Below are positions 39,649 to 47,889 of a stretch of DNA of 47,889 nucleotides, piece after piece. The DNA lies in NCBI GenBank assembly GCA_043729945.1, contig JAYTKW010000009.1, forward strand, positions 1 to 47,889, in the 5' to 3' direction. The position numbers and the translations under genes are program-made. Below the pieces are notes generated by a model. It made no database searches, had not been told where the DNA came from, and saw only the letters and a program-made list of their open reading frames with translations. Within the stretch, counting starts at the first letter, position 1, and every line of letters starts with the position of its first letter. The stretch comes from Candidatus Kaiserbacteria bacterium (GTDB taxonomy: Bacteria; Patescibacteriota; Minisyncoccia; Phycocordibacterales; UBA918).

Positions 39649-41556
39649 TTACCGCGTCTCAAACCCAGCCTTCAACGCAGCGTCGTAGACCACAGTCATT
39701 TGTGCGTCGACTTCGCTTGCGGCGAGGGTTTTTTCTTTGGATTGGAAGACTAGGCGAAAGGCTAGACTGGTCCTATCGTCTTTGATGAAGGTGTCAAACG
39801 GGGTGATTCGAACGCACAAATCCCCGGCTGATGTTCGGAGCAATTGCGATACCTCACTGACGTCAGTAGTCAAAGGTACCCAGAGGGCAATGTCACGGGA
39901 CACGGCTGGGTAGAGTGAAAAAGGTTGGTACACAACCGGCGTATTCGCAGCCTGCGCTGTGTAGGCTGCGGGACGTGGCAAGAGCGCCACCGCCTCATCA
40001 AGCGAACATTCTGTCACCCCCACGTTTGTCCCCTGCCACGACAGTGGCGTCCCCAAGGCAGTCGCGAGCGCAGCCTGCGCGACAGCTAATTCCAGGTCAT
40101 CAATTTTTGCTTTATAACTGGTTCCCGTTTGGACACCTAAACCAATGTGGACCGCTTCGCTGTCAGTACCAAAAACGGTACCGATTTCAAATACTTTAAC
40201 CGCGCTTAATCCCAATAAATCCCGGTGAGGCGTATTTTTCAAAACGGCCTCTTTGAGGTTAGCGTGGAGGGCGCTGCGGAGGTAGCTTTTGTCTGACGCT
40301 AACGCGTTTTTAATATGAACGAGGTCTTTGTCTCGAAACGTACTCGTAAAGACTTCACTAAAGCCTAAGTTAGTCAGCGTCGCCCGAGCAATTTCGGCGT
40401 AGTAATGACGGGCGTTAAAAGCGGCCACATTTCCTTTGGCTGGTGCTATCGCCACGATGTGACCAAGGCCGTACATACGACCAATTTCTTCAATCACATC
40501 TTCGGCAATAACGAGATCGTCCCGTTCAAATGGTGGTGTCACCATTATGTCCGTGTCGGTGGTGGTGTAGTCATACCCGAACCGATCGAGGATGTCTGAG
40601 ATTTCGCGTATGGACAAAGGTAAACCAAGGACCGATCGTAGACGGTGTACCGGGCAGCTGACCGGTAGGCGGACTACGGCAGAGTCCCCAGATGTCTTAA
40701 AACCACCTACTGTTCCTCCCACAATATCTGTTATGAGTTTCACCACTGTGGCCAAGGCAATCGGCGCTACCGCCCTGCTGATTCCGTTTTCATAACGTTT
40801 AGAGGCATCGGTAGCGAGGCGGAGACGTTTTGAGGTTTGGCGGACTGCCCCGCGGTCAAAGTGAGCCGATTCAATAATGATGCTAGTGGTGGTCGCATCA
40901 ACAAGCGCCGCCATCCCCCCTTTAATACCCGCAATCCCAATCGGAGCATCAGTGCCGCCATCAACAATCACCGCATCCTCGGTAGTTAGTTTGTATGACT
41001 CGCCCGTTAAGGTGACGATTGATTCATCAGCTCGGGCATTTCGTACCGCAATAGCGTATTGGCCGTTTTGGTTACCTAATTTTCCGGCATCAAACGCATG
41101 GAGTGGTTGCCCGAGGCCGAACATCACGTAATTGGTGGCATCGACTACGTTATTAATCGACCGCTGACCAATAGCAGCCAGGCGGGCAACTAGCCATGCT
41201 GGCGAAGGACCAACTGTCACGTTAGTGACGAGCGCGGCACTATAAAAATCACAGGTGGGTGTAGCAAGCGACACCAACAGATTTGGCGTCACCGGTTCGA
41301 GCGCTGGTGTTGTACCAAATGGATCATGCTTGAGGGGTTTACCTGTGATCACCGACACCTCTTTGGCCACACCTCGATGTGAAAGCAGCCACGCTGATTT
41401 ATCAGGCAATACCTTTACATCAAGGACACTATCCTCCCCAACCGTAATAACTTCTTCGATTTCAGAAGAATGAAACGTGATCAGCTCATCCAGTTCCGCC
41501 GCCGAAGGAAGCGGGGTGTCAAAAAATGTTTGGAGCCAATTACGAGAAATTTTCAT
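39649..41556 (-). CDS. pheT: phenylalanyl-tRNA synthetase beta subunit (lacks B2 OB domain)
   Basis: SINNVVDATNYV...GQPLHAFD, DVIEEIGRMYG, C-terminal FDX-ACB (YPAVSRDIA...SLAFRL). Confidence 0.95.
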   Translation of the reverse strand: MKISRNWLQTFFDTPLPSAAELDELITFHSSEIEEVITVGEDSVLDVKVLPDKSAWLLSHRGVAKEVSVITGKPLKHDPFGTTPALEPVTPNLLVSLATPTCDFYSAALVTNVTVGPSPAWLVARLAAIGQRSINNVVDATNYVMFGLGQPLHAFDAGKLGNQNGQYAIAVRNARADESIVTLTGESYKLTTEDAVIVDGGTDAPIGIAGIKGGMAALVDATTTSIIIESAHFDRGAVRQTSKRLRLATDASKRYENGISRAVAPIALATVVKLITDIVGGTVGGFKTSGDSAVVRLPVSCPVHRLRSVLGLPLSIREISDILDRFGYDYTTTDTDIMVTPPFERDDLVIAEDVIEEIGRMYGLGHIVAIAPAKGNVAAFNARHYYAEIARATLTNLGFSEVFTSTFRDKDLVHIKNALASDKSYLRSALHANLKEAVLKNTPHRDLLGLSAVKVFEIGTVFGTDSEAVHIGLGVQTGTSYKAKIDDLELAVAQAALATALGTPLSWQGTNVGVTECSLDEAVALLPRPAAYTAQAANTPVVYQPFSLYPAVSRDIALWVPLTTDVSEVSQLLRTSAGDLCVRITPFDTFIKDDRTSLAFRLVFQSKEKTLAASEVDAQMTVVYDAALKAGFETR

Positions 41557-41561
41557 ACAAT

Positions 41562-42275
41562 TTAAAATTGGTTAACAAACCGTAAATCGCCATTGTACAT
41601 CAACCGAATATCATCAATACCGTATTTGAGTACCCCGAGCCGATCGATGCCCATACCAAAGGCAAAGCCCTGGTATACCGTTGGGTCGATGCCGGAAGCC
41701 CGCAAAACATTTGGATGAACCATCCCCGCCCCCATGACCTCAATCCACCGGCCGGATAATTTATTTTGGTCATTTTTTTCAATCATCATATCGACTTCAA
41801 CCCCAGGTTCAACAAACGGAAAGAAACTCGGGCGAAAACGGACAGATACCGTACCGCCGAAAAATTCCGAGAAAAAATACTCGAGCACGCCTTTCATATG
41901 AGCCAAGGACACGTCACGGTCGACCATCAGGCCTTCGAGTTGAAAAAACTGGGCTTCGTGGGTAGCGTCTGACGCTTCGTTACGGAATACTTTGCCCGGA
42001 CAGATCATCTTGATTGGCGGCTGATGGCTCTGCATATACCGCACCTGTACCGGGGAGGTGTGAGTGCGCATCACATAATCATCAGTTCCATCTACATAAA
42101 ACGTATCTTGCATATCACGCGCCGGATGATTGTGCGGGAAATTTAATTTATCAAAATTAAATAAAATCTGCTCTCGTTCAGGACCCTCAGCAAACTCAAA
42201 CCCAATTGAAGCAAAAATCTGATTGATATCAGCAATCATCTGCGAGAGCGGGTGGATGTGTCCAGGGGGATTCAT
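41562..42275 (-). CDS. pheS: phenylalanyl-tRNA synthetase alpha subunit (catalytic domain only)
   Basis: HPARDMQDTF, RTHTSPVQ, FRPSFFPFVEP, GFAFGMGIDR. Confidence 0.97.
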   Translation of the reverse strand: MNPPGHIHPLSQMIADINQIFASIGFEFAEGPEREQILFNFDKLNFPHNHPARDMQDTFYVDGTDDYVMRTHTSPVQVRYMQSHQPPIKMICPGKVFRNEASDATHEAQFFQLEGLMVDRDVSLAHMKGVLEYFFSEFFGGTVSVRFRPSFFPFVEPGVEVDMMIEKNDQNKLSGRWIEVMGAGMVHPNVLRASGIDPTVYQGFAFGMGIDRLGVLKYGIDDIRLMYNGDLRFVNQF

Positions 42276-42301
42276 ATATGATAGGTGGGGTACTGTGTTG
42301 A

Positions 42302-43483
42302 TTAATTACTTACAACCGGTACAGTCGTCAATAGTTCGAGAATTATTTTGCCGCGCTTAACATAGATTTTGCCACCAGTTTGAATCATTTCATCAACCGG
42401 GTAGGGGTATAGGGCTTGGGTATTTTGCCACGAACGGTCGTCGACTTCGGTTACGAAAATACCATCCGTGCGATGGATCACCACAAGATCAGTCGGGCTT
42501 GGAAAGAAATCAAAACCGATAACTGTCTGCCACTGCCTATCAATCCGAATAGTCGTTCGGCAAATTCGTTCGAGGTTTGTAGTATCGGTCACTTCAGTCC
42601 GAGCCGCCAACACCGACGCTACACCCCGCATGACTTCAGGACCATAAAGTTCACTAGTGGAAGCCAAGGCAGTTGTTGGTACACAGAAATAATACGGAAT
42701 GGACCGTTCGGGCCCAATAAAGTCAACAAAAATATCATCGCCACTTTGATAGAGCCTAAGATCGTCCTGGAGTTTTGTGGTCGTCGCGAGTACAGGTGAC
42801 GATGTGGCTGTAGTCGGATTGTTAAATGTTAAGGCATCAGTCACCCCATCTACAACCCGACTGATGAGCGTAGTAGAAGTAGCCGTTGTAGTAGAAAACA
42901 AACTAGCTAAGTATTCATATTCTGAATTTCGCGTCAGGGTAGACGTGGACTTGGTCGTTGTACTCACAAACGGCAAAGTTGATGAAACTCCAGCAAATAG
43001 AGCTGCTGTACCGGTGGCGCTACCAATTATAAGCGGTGTTCCGGTACTCGTTTCGTATTCGGTAATTAGTCTGACCTGAGGCACGAGTGGCAACGCGAAC
43101 GATTCAGCCTCGGTCACAATATATGGATAGACTGGGAGCTCTTTAACCCAGGTATGCATGAGTGGTTCCTGCACATGCAGGCGCTGCATTCCCGGGACTA
43201 GATTTTGAATAAAAATAGCATTTCGAAATACCCGTAAATCCCGGACAGGAGCTTTATTTAAATAGACCTCGCCATTACCGGCACCGACGGTCACATACAA
43301 ACCACCGGTGGTAGTAATTGTCGCTCCTGTATCCATAAAATTATACCGATACCCCGTGGCATAAAACACAAACACTGGCACCGCGCAAAAGAAAAAGAGT
43401 GCAAGGGTGAGAAATACAAATCGTCTCCGACCACGCGGGAGAGGTTGGACACCAGGGACAAAATGAGTGGGGCTATATTTCAT
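42302..43483 (-). CDS. membrane-anchored hypothetical protein (PEGA-like N-terminal region)
   Basis: RRR plus TM helix, YATGYR...TGGLYV, Thr-rich linker. Confidence 0.7.
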   Translation of the reverse strand: MKYSPTHFVPGVQPLPRGRRRFVFLTLALFFFCAVPVFVFYATGYRYNFMDTGATITTTGGLYVTVGAGNGEVYLNKAPVRDLRVFRNAIFIQNLVPGMQRLHVQEPLMHTWVKELPVYPYIVTEAESFALPLVPQVRLITEYETSTGTPLIIGSATGTAALFAGVSSTLPFVSTTTKSTSTLTRNSEYEYLASLFSTTTATSTTLISRVVDGVTDALTFNNPTTATSSPVLATTTKLQDDLRLYQSGDDIFVDFIGPERSIPYYFCVPTTALASTSELYGPEVMRGVASVLAARTEVTDTTNLERICRTTIRIDRQWQTVIGFDFFPSPTDLVVIHRTDGIFVTEVDDRSWQNTQALYPYPVDEMIQTGGKIYVKRGKIILELLTTVPVVSN

Positions 43484-43507
43484 GAATTATCAGTATACTA
43501 CACAAAC

Positions 43508-45076
43508 TCAAGCCTCCGAGGCGCGAGTTTTTGGGGTCACCCAGAATCCCATATAGCGGCCAAACATGAGGCGGGTTTGCGCATCAAGTCCCGGAATTGC
43601 GCTAAAGAAAATCATCGTTGCTGGTACTAATATCCACTGCAACGCCATCACAATGTAGCGGAACCTACTGGCGCTCGCCGGGCGCGGCGGGATGAGTGAC
43701 AGCGAAATGATTGACGAAATCACCAACCCGAACATCGCGAGACTAAGCAAGTCGCGCACCATAATTGGTAAATTGTACGACAATACCGTTTGATGGAATT
43801 CCTGGCTCCCGAGGAAAATTGGTGCCCAGCCGAGGATAAAGAGCATAATGGGGTTGGTCACGAGCGACCAGTACCCTTCGGCCTGTTGGAGGATAATTTT
43901 AATTCGGGCCCCGCGAGGGATTTTTTTGTTGTTTTTAAAATGGTGTAAAACGTAACAGAAGTTTTCTACCCCATACGTCCAGCGGCGATGTTGTTTATAA
44001 ATCTGCACAATAGTCCGCCAGAGGGTTGGTGCTGCGTTGGCGTCCATCGAGACTGGGTAGGACAAGGGGATCACATCGTACTCTCCGTCGTTGGCAATCA
44101 TGAGATTCCAGTAAATACGTGAGTCCTCACTCACCATATTTTTCTGCCAGTAGCCGACTTCGTACAGGGCTTGGAAACTCACAGAGTGCGACGAAAACGT
44201 AGCCATTCGTTCCGGCCGTTCTTGTTGCACCATTTCCCAGAACGTACTACTCATCGCGACCACGCGGGCCAAGGCCGGCGCTTCCCACATGTTGTTATTG
44301 AAAATAGGGACCGGCTGGAACGAACTCTTGAGCGGCCGTCTAGCAGTAACAAAATGCCACACGAGACAATTGAAATAGTCTGGATACAGTACGGTATCGA
44401 TATCAAAAATGGACACGAGTACCTCGCCATATTTTAGACCTTGGGGATCAAGCACACGAGTGCGGACCTCTTCGGCAGCATAGGCAGCATTGGAACCTTT
44501 ACCCGCCATTTCTCCGGGGACGTTCGCGGGGTGAATCGTAGTGAGGAAGGTACCGAACACGGACTGGTACTTGGATGTCATGGTGCGACAGATATTTTCA
44601 GCATACTCGCCGGCCCGACCTTCACTCGCCAACACTACTATCAATTTAGATTTATCGTAATGGGTGTTAGCGAGCGATTCTAAAGTCGCCTCAATCACTG
44701 ATTGTGGTTCGGTGTAAAATGGTAAAATAATGACGTGATGGAGATGCTGATACGGAAAATCTTTTACCAATACTCCCCAATCAAGCGCCGTGTGATGTTG
44801 GAGTCGTTTCCAATTGTACCGGAGGTGGTACGACAAAAAACCCGTCTTTAACACCCAAAATAAGGCAAAGGCAATAATAAAATAGGCAGCGACAAACGGC
44901 GCGTAGATAGACATCAACACCACCCCAATGAGGGTCGTCCATGAGGCCAAGCCCGGAAAAATTTCAAAACAGCGATACAGCACTCGCGCACGGCCCGTCA
45001 GTTCAGTGGCGCGCCCAACGTGAAAATCTGCTCGCCTGGCGTAAGGTAATAAATGAGATTGGTCTGGCTCGGACAT
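43508..45076 (-). CDS. family 2 glycosyltransferase, integral membrane
   Basis: GKGSN, DID, SED and QHRRW motifs with multiple TM helices. Confidence 0.88.
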   Translation of the reverse strand: MSEPDQSHLLPYARRADFHVGRATELTGRARVLYRCFEIFPGLASWTTLIGVVLMSIYAPFVAAYFIIAFALFWVLKTGFLSYHLRYNWKRLQHHTALDWGVLVKDFPYQHLHHVIILPFYTEPQSVIEATLESLANTHYDKSKLIVVLASEGRAGEYAENICRTMTSKYQSVFGTFLTTIHPANVPGEMAGKGSNAAYAAEEVRTRVLDPQGLKYGEVLVSIFDIDTVLYPDYFNCLVWHFVTARRPLKSSFQPVPIFNNNMWEAPALARVVAMSSTFWEMVQQERPERMATFSSHSVSFQALYEVGYWQKNMVSEDSRIYWNLMIANDGEYDVIPLSYPVSMDANAAPTLWRTIVQIYKQHRRWTYGVENFCYVLHHFKNNKKIPRGARIKIILQQAEGYWSLVTNPIMLFILGWAPIFLGSQEFHQTVLSYNLPIMVRDLLSLAMFGLVISSIISLSLIPPRPASASRFRYIVMALQWILVPATMIFFSAIPGLDAQTRLMFGRYMGFWVTPKTRASEA

Positions 45077-45158
45077 AGAATTTCCTCTAGTATACCCCTA
45101 GGCTCGACATAAAAAAAGTGGTGGAATTGCGTAGGTGTGGTGAGATATAGGGTCCTTT

Positions 45159-45311
45159 TTACTCAACGATATACTCCCAGCCCGCTTTCCAGGCCTTGGT
45201 TTTGCGCCAGTCGGTTGCAAAGGCCTCTTCCCAGGTTAGGCCGTTTACAGAAAAGTTGATCTCATTATTAATAACGAGAAGCGGATCCTCGGACGACTTG
45301 AGGGCGTACAA
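45159..45311 (-). pseudogene. possible 50-codon gene fragment or small ORF
   Basis: Open frame LYALKSSEDPLL...WKAGWEYIVE*, TTG start directly after a stop, no SD. Confidence 0.25.
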
Positions 45312-45392
45312 TTAGTTGCCCTGCTACTAACTATATCTAACAAACATCAATACCCCGCCTGTACACATAGCTGATCTCATTTGTGGTGACGT

Positions 45393-47889
45393 CTATTTTA
45401 CCTGCACAATAGTCCGACACTTATTATAGCCATGAGGGCCGGTGACGAGGCCTTCATAGCCCATCGACTCGGTTGGTTTGATAATTACCGATCCTGAGGT
45501 GGCTGAGGTTTTCGCTACCGCACGATTATTTACAGAAAAGGTATCTGAGAGGGCTGTCTTCCAGGACAGTACTGCTGACTGACCTTTTGCAATAGAATCG
45601 GGAGTTATTGTAATCTCACATGACGGTGACTGCGATAGACCCGAGCGGGTTCCAATGAGTGTTAGATCATGCACATCAAATGTTATATCCGAGATGCCTG
45701 AGTTTTCATAGCCAACATTAGTTGAATTAAACGCGTAGTGGTCTAGGTATTGTTCATCTGATTCAAGAACACCATTTACTGGTAACCGCGGAGGAACATA
45801 CCCTAGTTTTTCGGCTGCGAGAACTTGTTCCTTCATCAACGCCAATATGTCACCCTGAGCGACTGATCGCTTACCCTTAACTTTAAATGGATTTACGGCC
45901 GGTTTTCCGGGAATAAAATCTTTTACGCCAATACGATAAATCCAGCTACCCGTAGGCCTGTCTTGCAGGAATCCAGAAATATATTCGAATCGCTCATCAA
46001 AGAGTCCCAGAGTAAAGTAGAGGGACTGACCATGGTATTTACAGACTGGATCATTTGGATTTGTAACTGGACAGCGCGCATCAGTCCACTGCACGTTGCC
46101 AAACGCTACTCTAAATTGGGTAGCATGGATCTTGGGATCATAGCATTTCTGGGCATTTCTATTTGAAGTATTTCCCAGCACACAGTCAGTCTTAATCTCA
46201 GCATTTTTGAGAGTCGCATCAACTTTAAACTGAATAGTGCTGAAATCATTGAGCTTGATCGGCTCTTTAAAGAGAGGTGTTGCCAAAAATATAGTTTTAG
46301 CTGCCAGCGAACCCGCACCTAACTCTGGAATAGCTTCTCTGCTAGGAAAAAAGAGCGCGCCGAATTCACCAATCATTTGTTCGTATGAGCGAGCGCGCAG
46401 CGATGTCACATCCCCGTTTGCTGCTATGGACAGAGCGGGGATACCGGGAACTGACCCCGGCACAGAGAGCGCGATGGACTTGGTGCCAGTAGCTATTCTT
46501 GTTTTAGACGATGTGAGACTTGGATTACCTAACCAATTTCCAATAACCGCCTGGGATGAATGGAACACACTCCGCTGCACAGAACTTTCAATAGTGTCAT
46601 ACGACGCTTGTACCTGACCACTGGGATTGATGAAGTAACGGAGCATAGCACCTGTATTGGGGGCGAAATTGGTATCCTTGAAAACACCGAACATTTTTGG
46701 TGTTTTTGTAGGTGCCCAAGTCTGGTTATAATCCATAATTGTTTCGGTACAAGAAGTTTTGTTATAGGTCGCAGCTCCGGAAAGAACTCCTTTAGAACAC
46801 GTACGCTCTTGGGCGTTAAACGTACATCTACCGCCGGTAGTGGGAGAAGCGGAGTTATAAAAAGTGCGTTTCTGACCATCGTTCACCGTCACTCCATTGA
46901 GTGTACATGAAGTTTTAGGGACTGGTAGCGCTGGTGTACAAACGGCATGGCGGTATTTTATGTTGTCTCCTGACATTACACCATTACTACACGTGCGAGC
47001 TTGCGCCAGAGCATTACACGAAAGGGCCGTCGTTGATGCAGAGGAATAAAAATTCTTGGTTTCACCATTTTTGATATACACACCATTTACAAAGCAGGTT
47101 GCATTTGCTCCTGCGGGGTACGTAGCTTTAAATGAATCTGATTTAATAACCGCTACCGGCGAATTTAATGGCGTATATTCCCCTTCGATTAAAAATGACA
47201 AGCTACTAGAAATCCGTGATCGTATCGCTCGACAATTAAGACTCTCTGAAAGGGCGGAGGCGACACAACCTGTTAAATTTAACGTCGTTTTACCATCAAG
47301 ATACCGAGTGGAGATTTCCGGGAATAACGGGTCACCCGCCCCCGTAAAGGCAACTTTCATATTTCCTGGTGTACCCTGTTGTAGATTCCAGGTAACTGGG
47401 AACGGTTTGCCGATTACCGCTACTGATTTTTTGGTCGGGGCGGTGAAAATGGTTTTAAATGCATCTGCTGGGATGGAAATTTTTGCAGGAGATTGCGAGA
47501 GCGCTACTTTTTTGCCCTGATTGTTCACTGCGAATACAAACCAGTAATGAGCAGTGCCTGCAAAAGAAGGCGCAATAGGCCACGAAAAACGATGGCTACC
47601 ACTAATCCCCCTACTTTTTTTAACGTCATCTGAACTGAGATCGGCTTTGATACTGCCCACCAGTTTGGCATCTGCCAGATTGGTAGTAGGTCCATACCAA
47701 AATTGCACTTGGAGTTGCGTTTGGGGCAGGTTTTGATCAGCAGCCCAACCATACAGATGCGGAGAAAGAGTCGGGTTAAGCCCGTCAAAGTAGCCGGTGA
47801 TATTTTGATTTACCACTGCTGCATGTACGACATTAAATCGTGCACCAAATACAGTACCGCTGACTACGAGCGCAACAGTAAAAATTGTG
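45393..47889 (-). CDS. large secreted/surface protein (5' end beyond window)
   Basis: Frame stays open to the window end through a signal-peptide-like stretch (TIFTVALVVSGTVF...VHA); two Cys-rich repeats (C..NG...G....FY...C....RTC..G...G); C-terminal Ig-like repeat like those in 29481-32291. Confidence 0.8.
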   Translation of the reverse strand, partial: TIFTVALVVSGTVFGARFNVVHAAVVNQNITGYFDGLNPTLSPHLYGWAADQNLPQTQLQVQFWYGPTTNLADAKLVGSIKADLSSDDVKKSRGISGSHRFSWPIAPSFAGTAHYWFVFAVNNQGKKVALSQSPAKISIPADAFKTIFTAPTKKSVAVIGKPFPVTWNLQQGTPGNMKVAFTGAGDPLFPEISTRYLDGKTTLNLTGCVASALSESLNCRAIRSRISSSLSFLIEGEYTPLNSPVAVIKSDSFKATYPAGANATCFVNGVYIKNGETKNFYSSASTTALSCNALAQARTCSNGVMSGDNIKYRHAVCTPALPVPKTSCTLNGVTVNDGQKRTFYNSASPTTGGRCTFNAQERTCSKGVLSGAATYNKTSCTETIMDYNQTWAPTKTPKMFGVFKDTNFAPNTGAMLRYFINPSGQVQASYDTIESSVQRSVFHSSQAVIGNWLGNPSLTSSKTRIATGTKSIALSVPGSVPGIPALSIAANGDVTSLRARSYEQMIGEFGALFFPSREAIPELGAGSLAAKTIFLATPLFKEPIKLNDFSTIQFKVDATLKNAEIKTDCVLGNTSNRNAQKCYDPKIHATQFRVAFGNVQWTDARCPVTNPNDPVCKYHGQSLYFTLGLFDERFEYISGFLQDRPTGSWIYRIGVKDFIPGKPAVNPFKVKGKRSVAQGDILALMKEQVLAAEKLGYVPPRLPVNGVLESDEQYLDHYAFNSTNVGYENSGISDITFDVHDLTLIGTRSGLSQSPSCEITITPDSIAKGQSAVLSWKTALSDTFSVNNRAVAKTSATSGSVIIKPTESMGYEGLVTGPHGYNKCRTIVQVK

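Noticed and set aside
45110-45360. tmRNA or tRNA suggested by TCCACCA on the minus strand
   Set aside because: No T-arm (GTTCRA) or matching acceptor 5' strand found.

Overview
Bacterial chromosomal window whose content points to a reduced-genome Patescibacteria/CPR (Parcubacteria-like) organism; this is inferred from trimmed PheS/PheT/ThrS, a short SMC, a NusB-Nudix fusion, GspG-like pilins and many near-leaderless starts. Core genes are dnaG (partial), rpoC, rpoB, trmD, khpA, rpsP, rnr, smc, rnc, nusB, rpmF, rnhB, dnaE, thrS (with a T-box), gyrB (with an HNH intein), pheT and pheS. Accessory genes include a RelE/ParE-type toxin-antitoxin pair, Nudix, NADAR, an SLT-domain protein, two pilins, a sortase with a candidate VPYTG substrate, a GT2 and several ORFans. 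The most striking unexplained signal is non-coding: at least three families of short structured elements whose stems vary in sequence but keep their pairing. Family A has five same-orientation 110-130 nt rods whose closing stem appears to be an inverted copy of the adjacent host sequence; one copy lies in frame in dnaE. Family B has two copies, one nested inside a family A copy. Family C has two 147-nt three-way junctions. There is also an in-frame array of four AGG-N5-CCT hairpins in rnhB. No transposase is encoded in the window. All calls were made by eye; no searches or folding programs were run.
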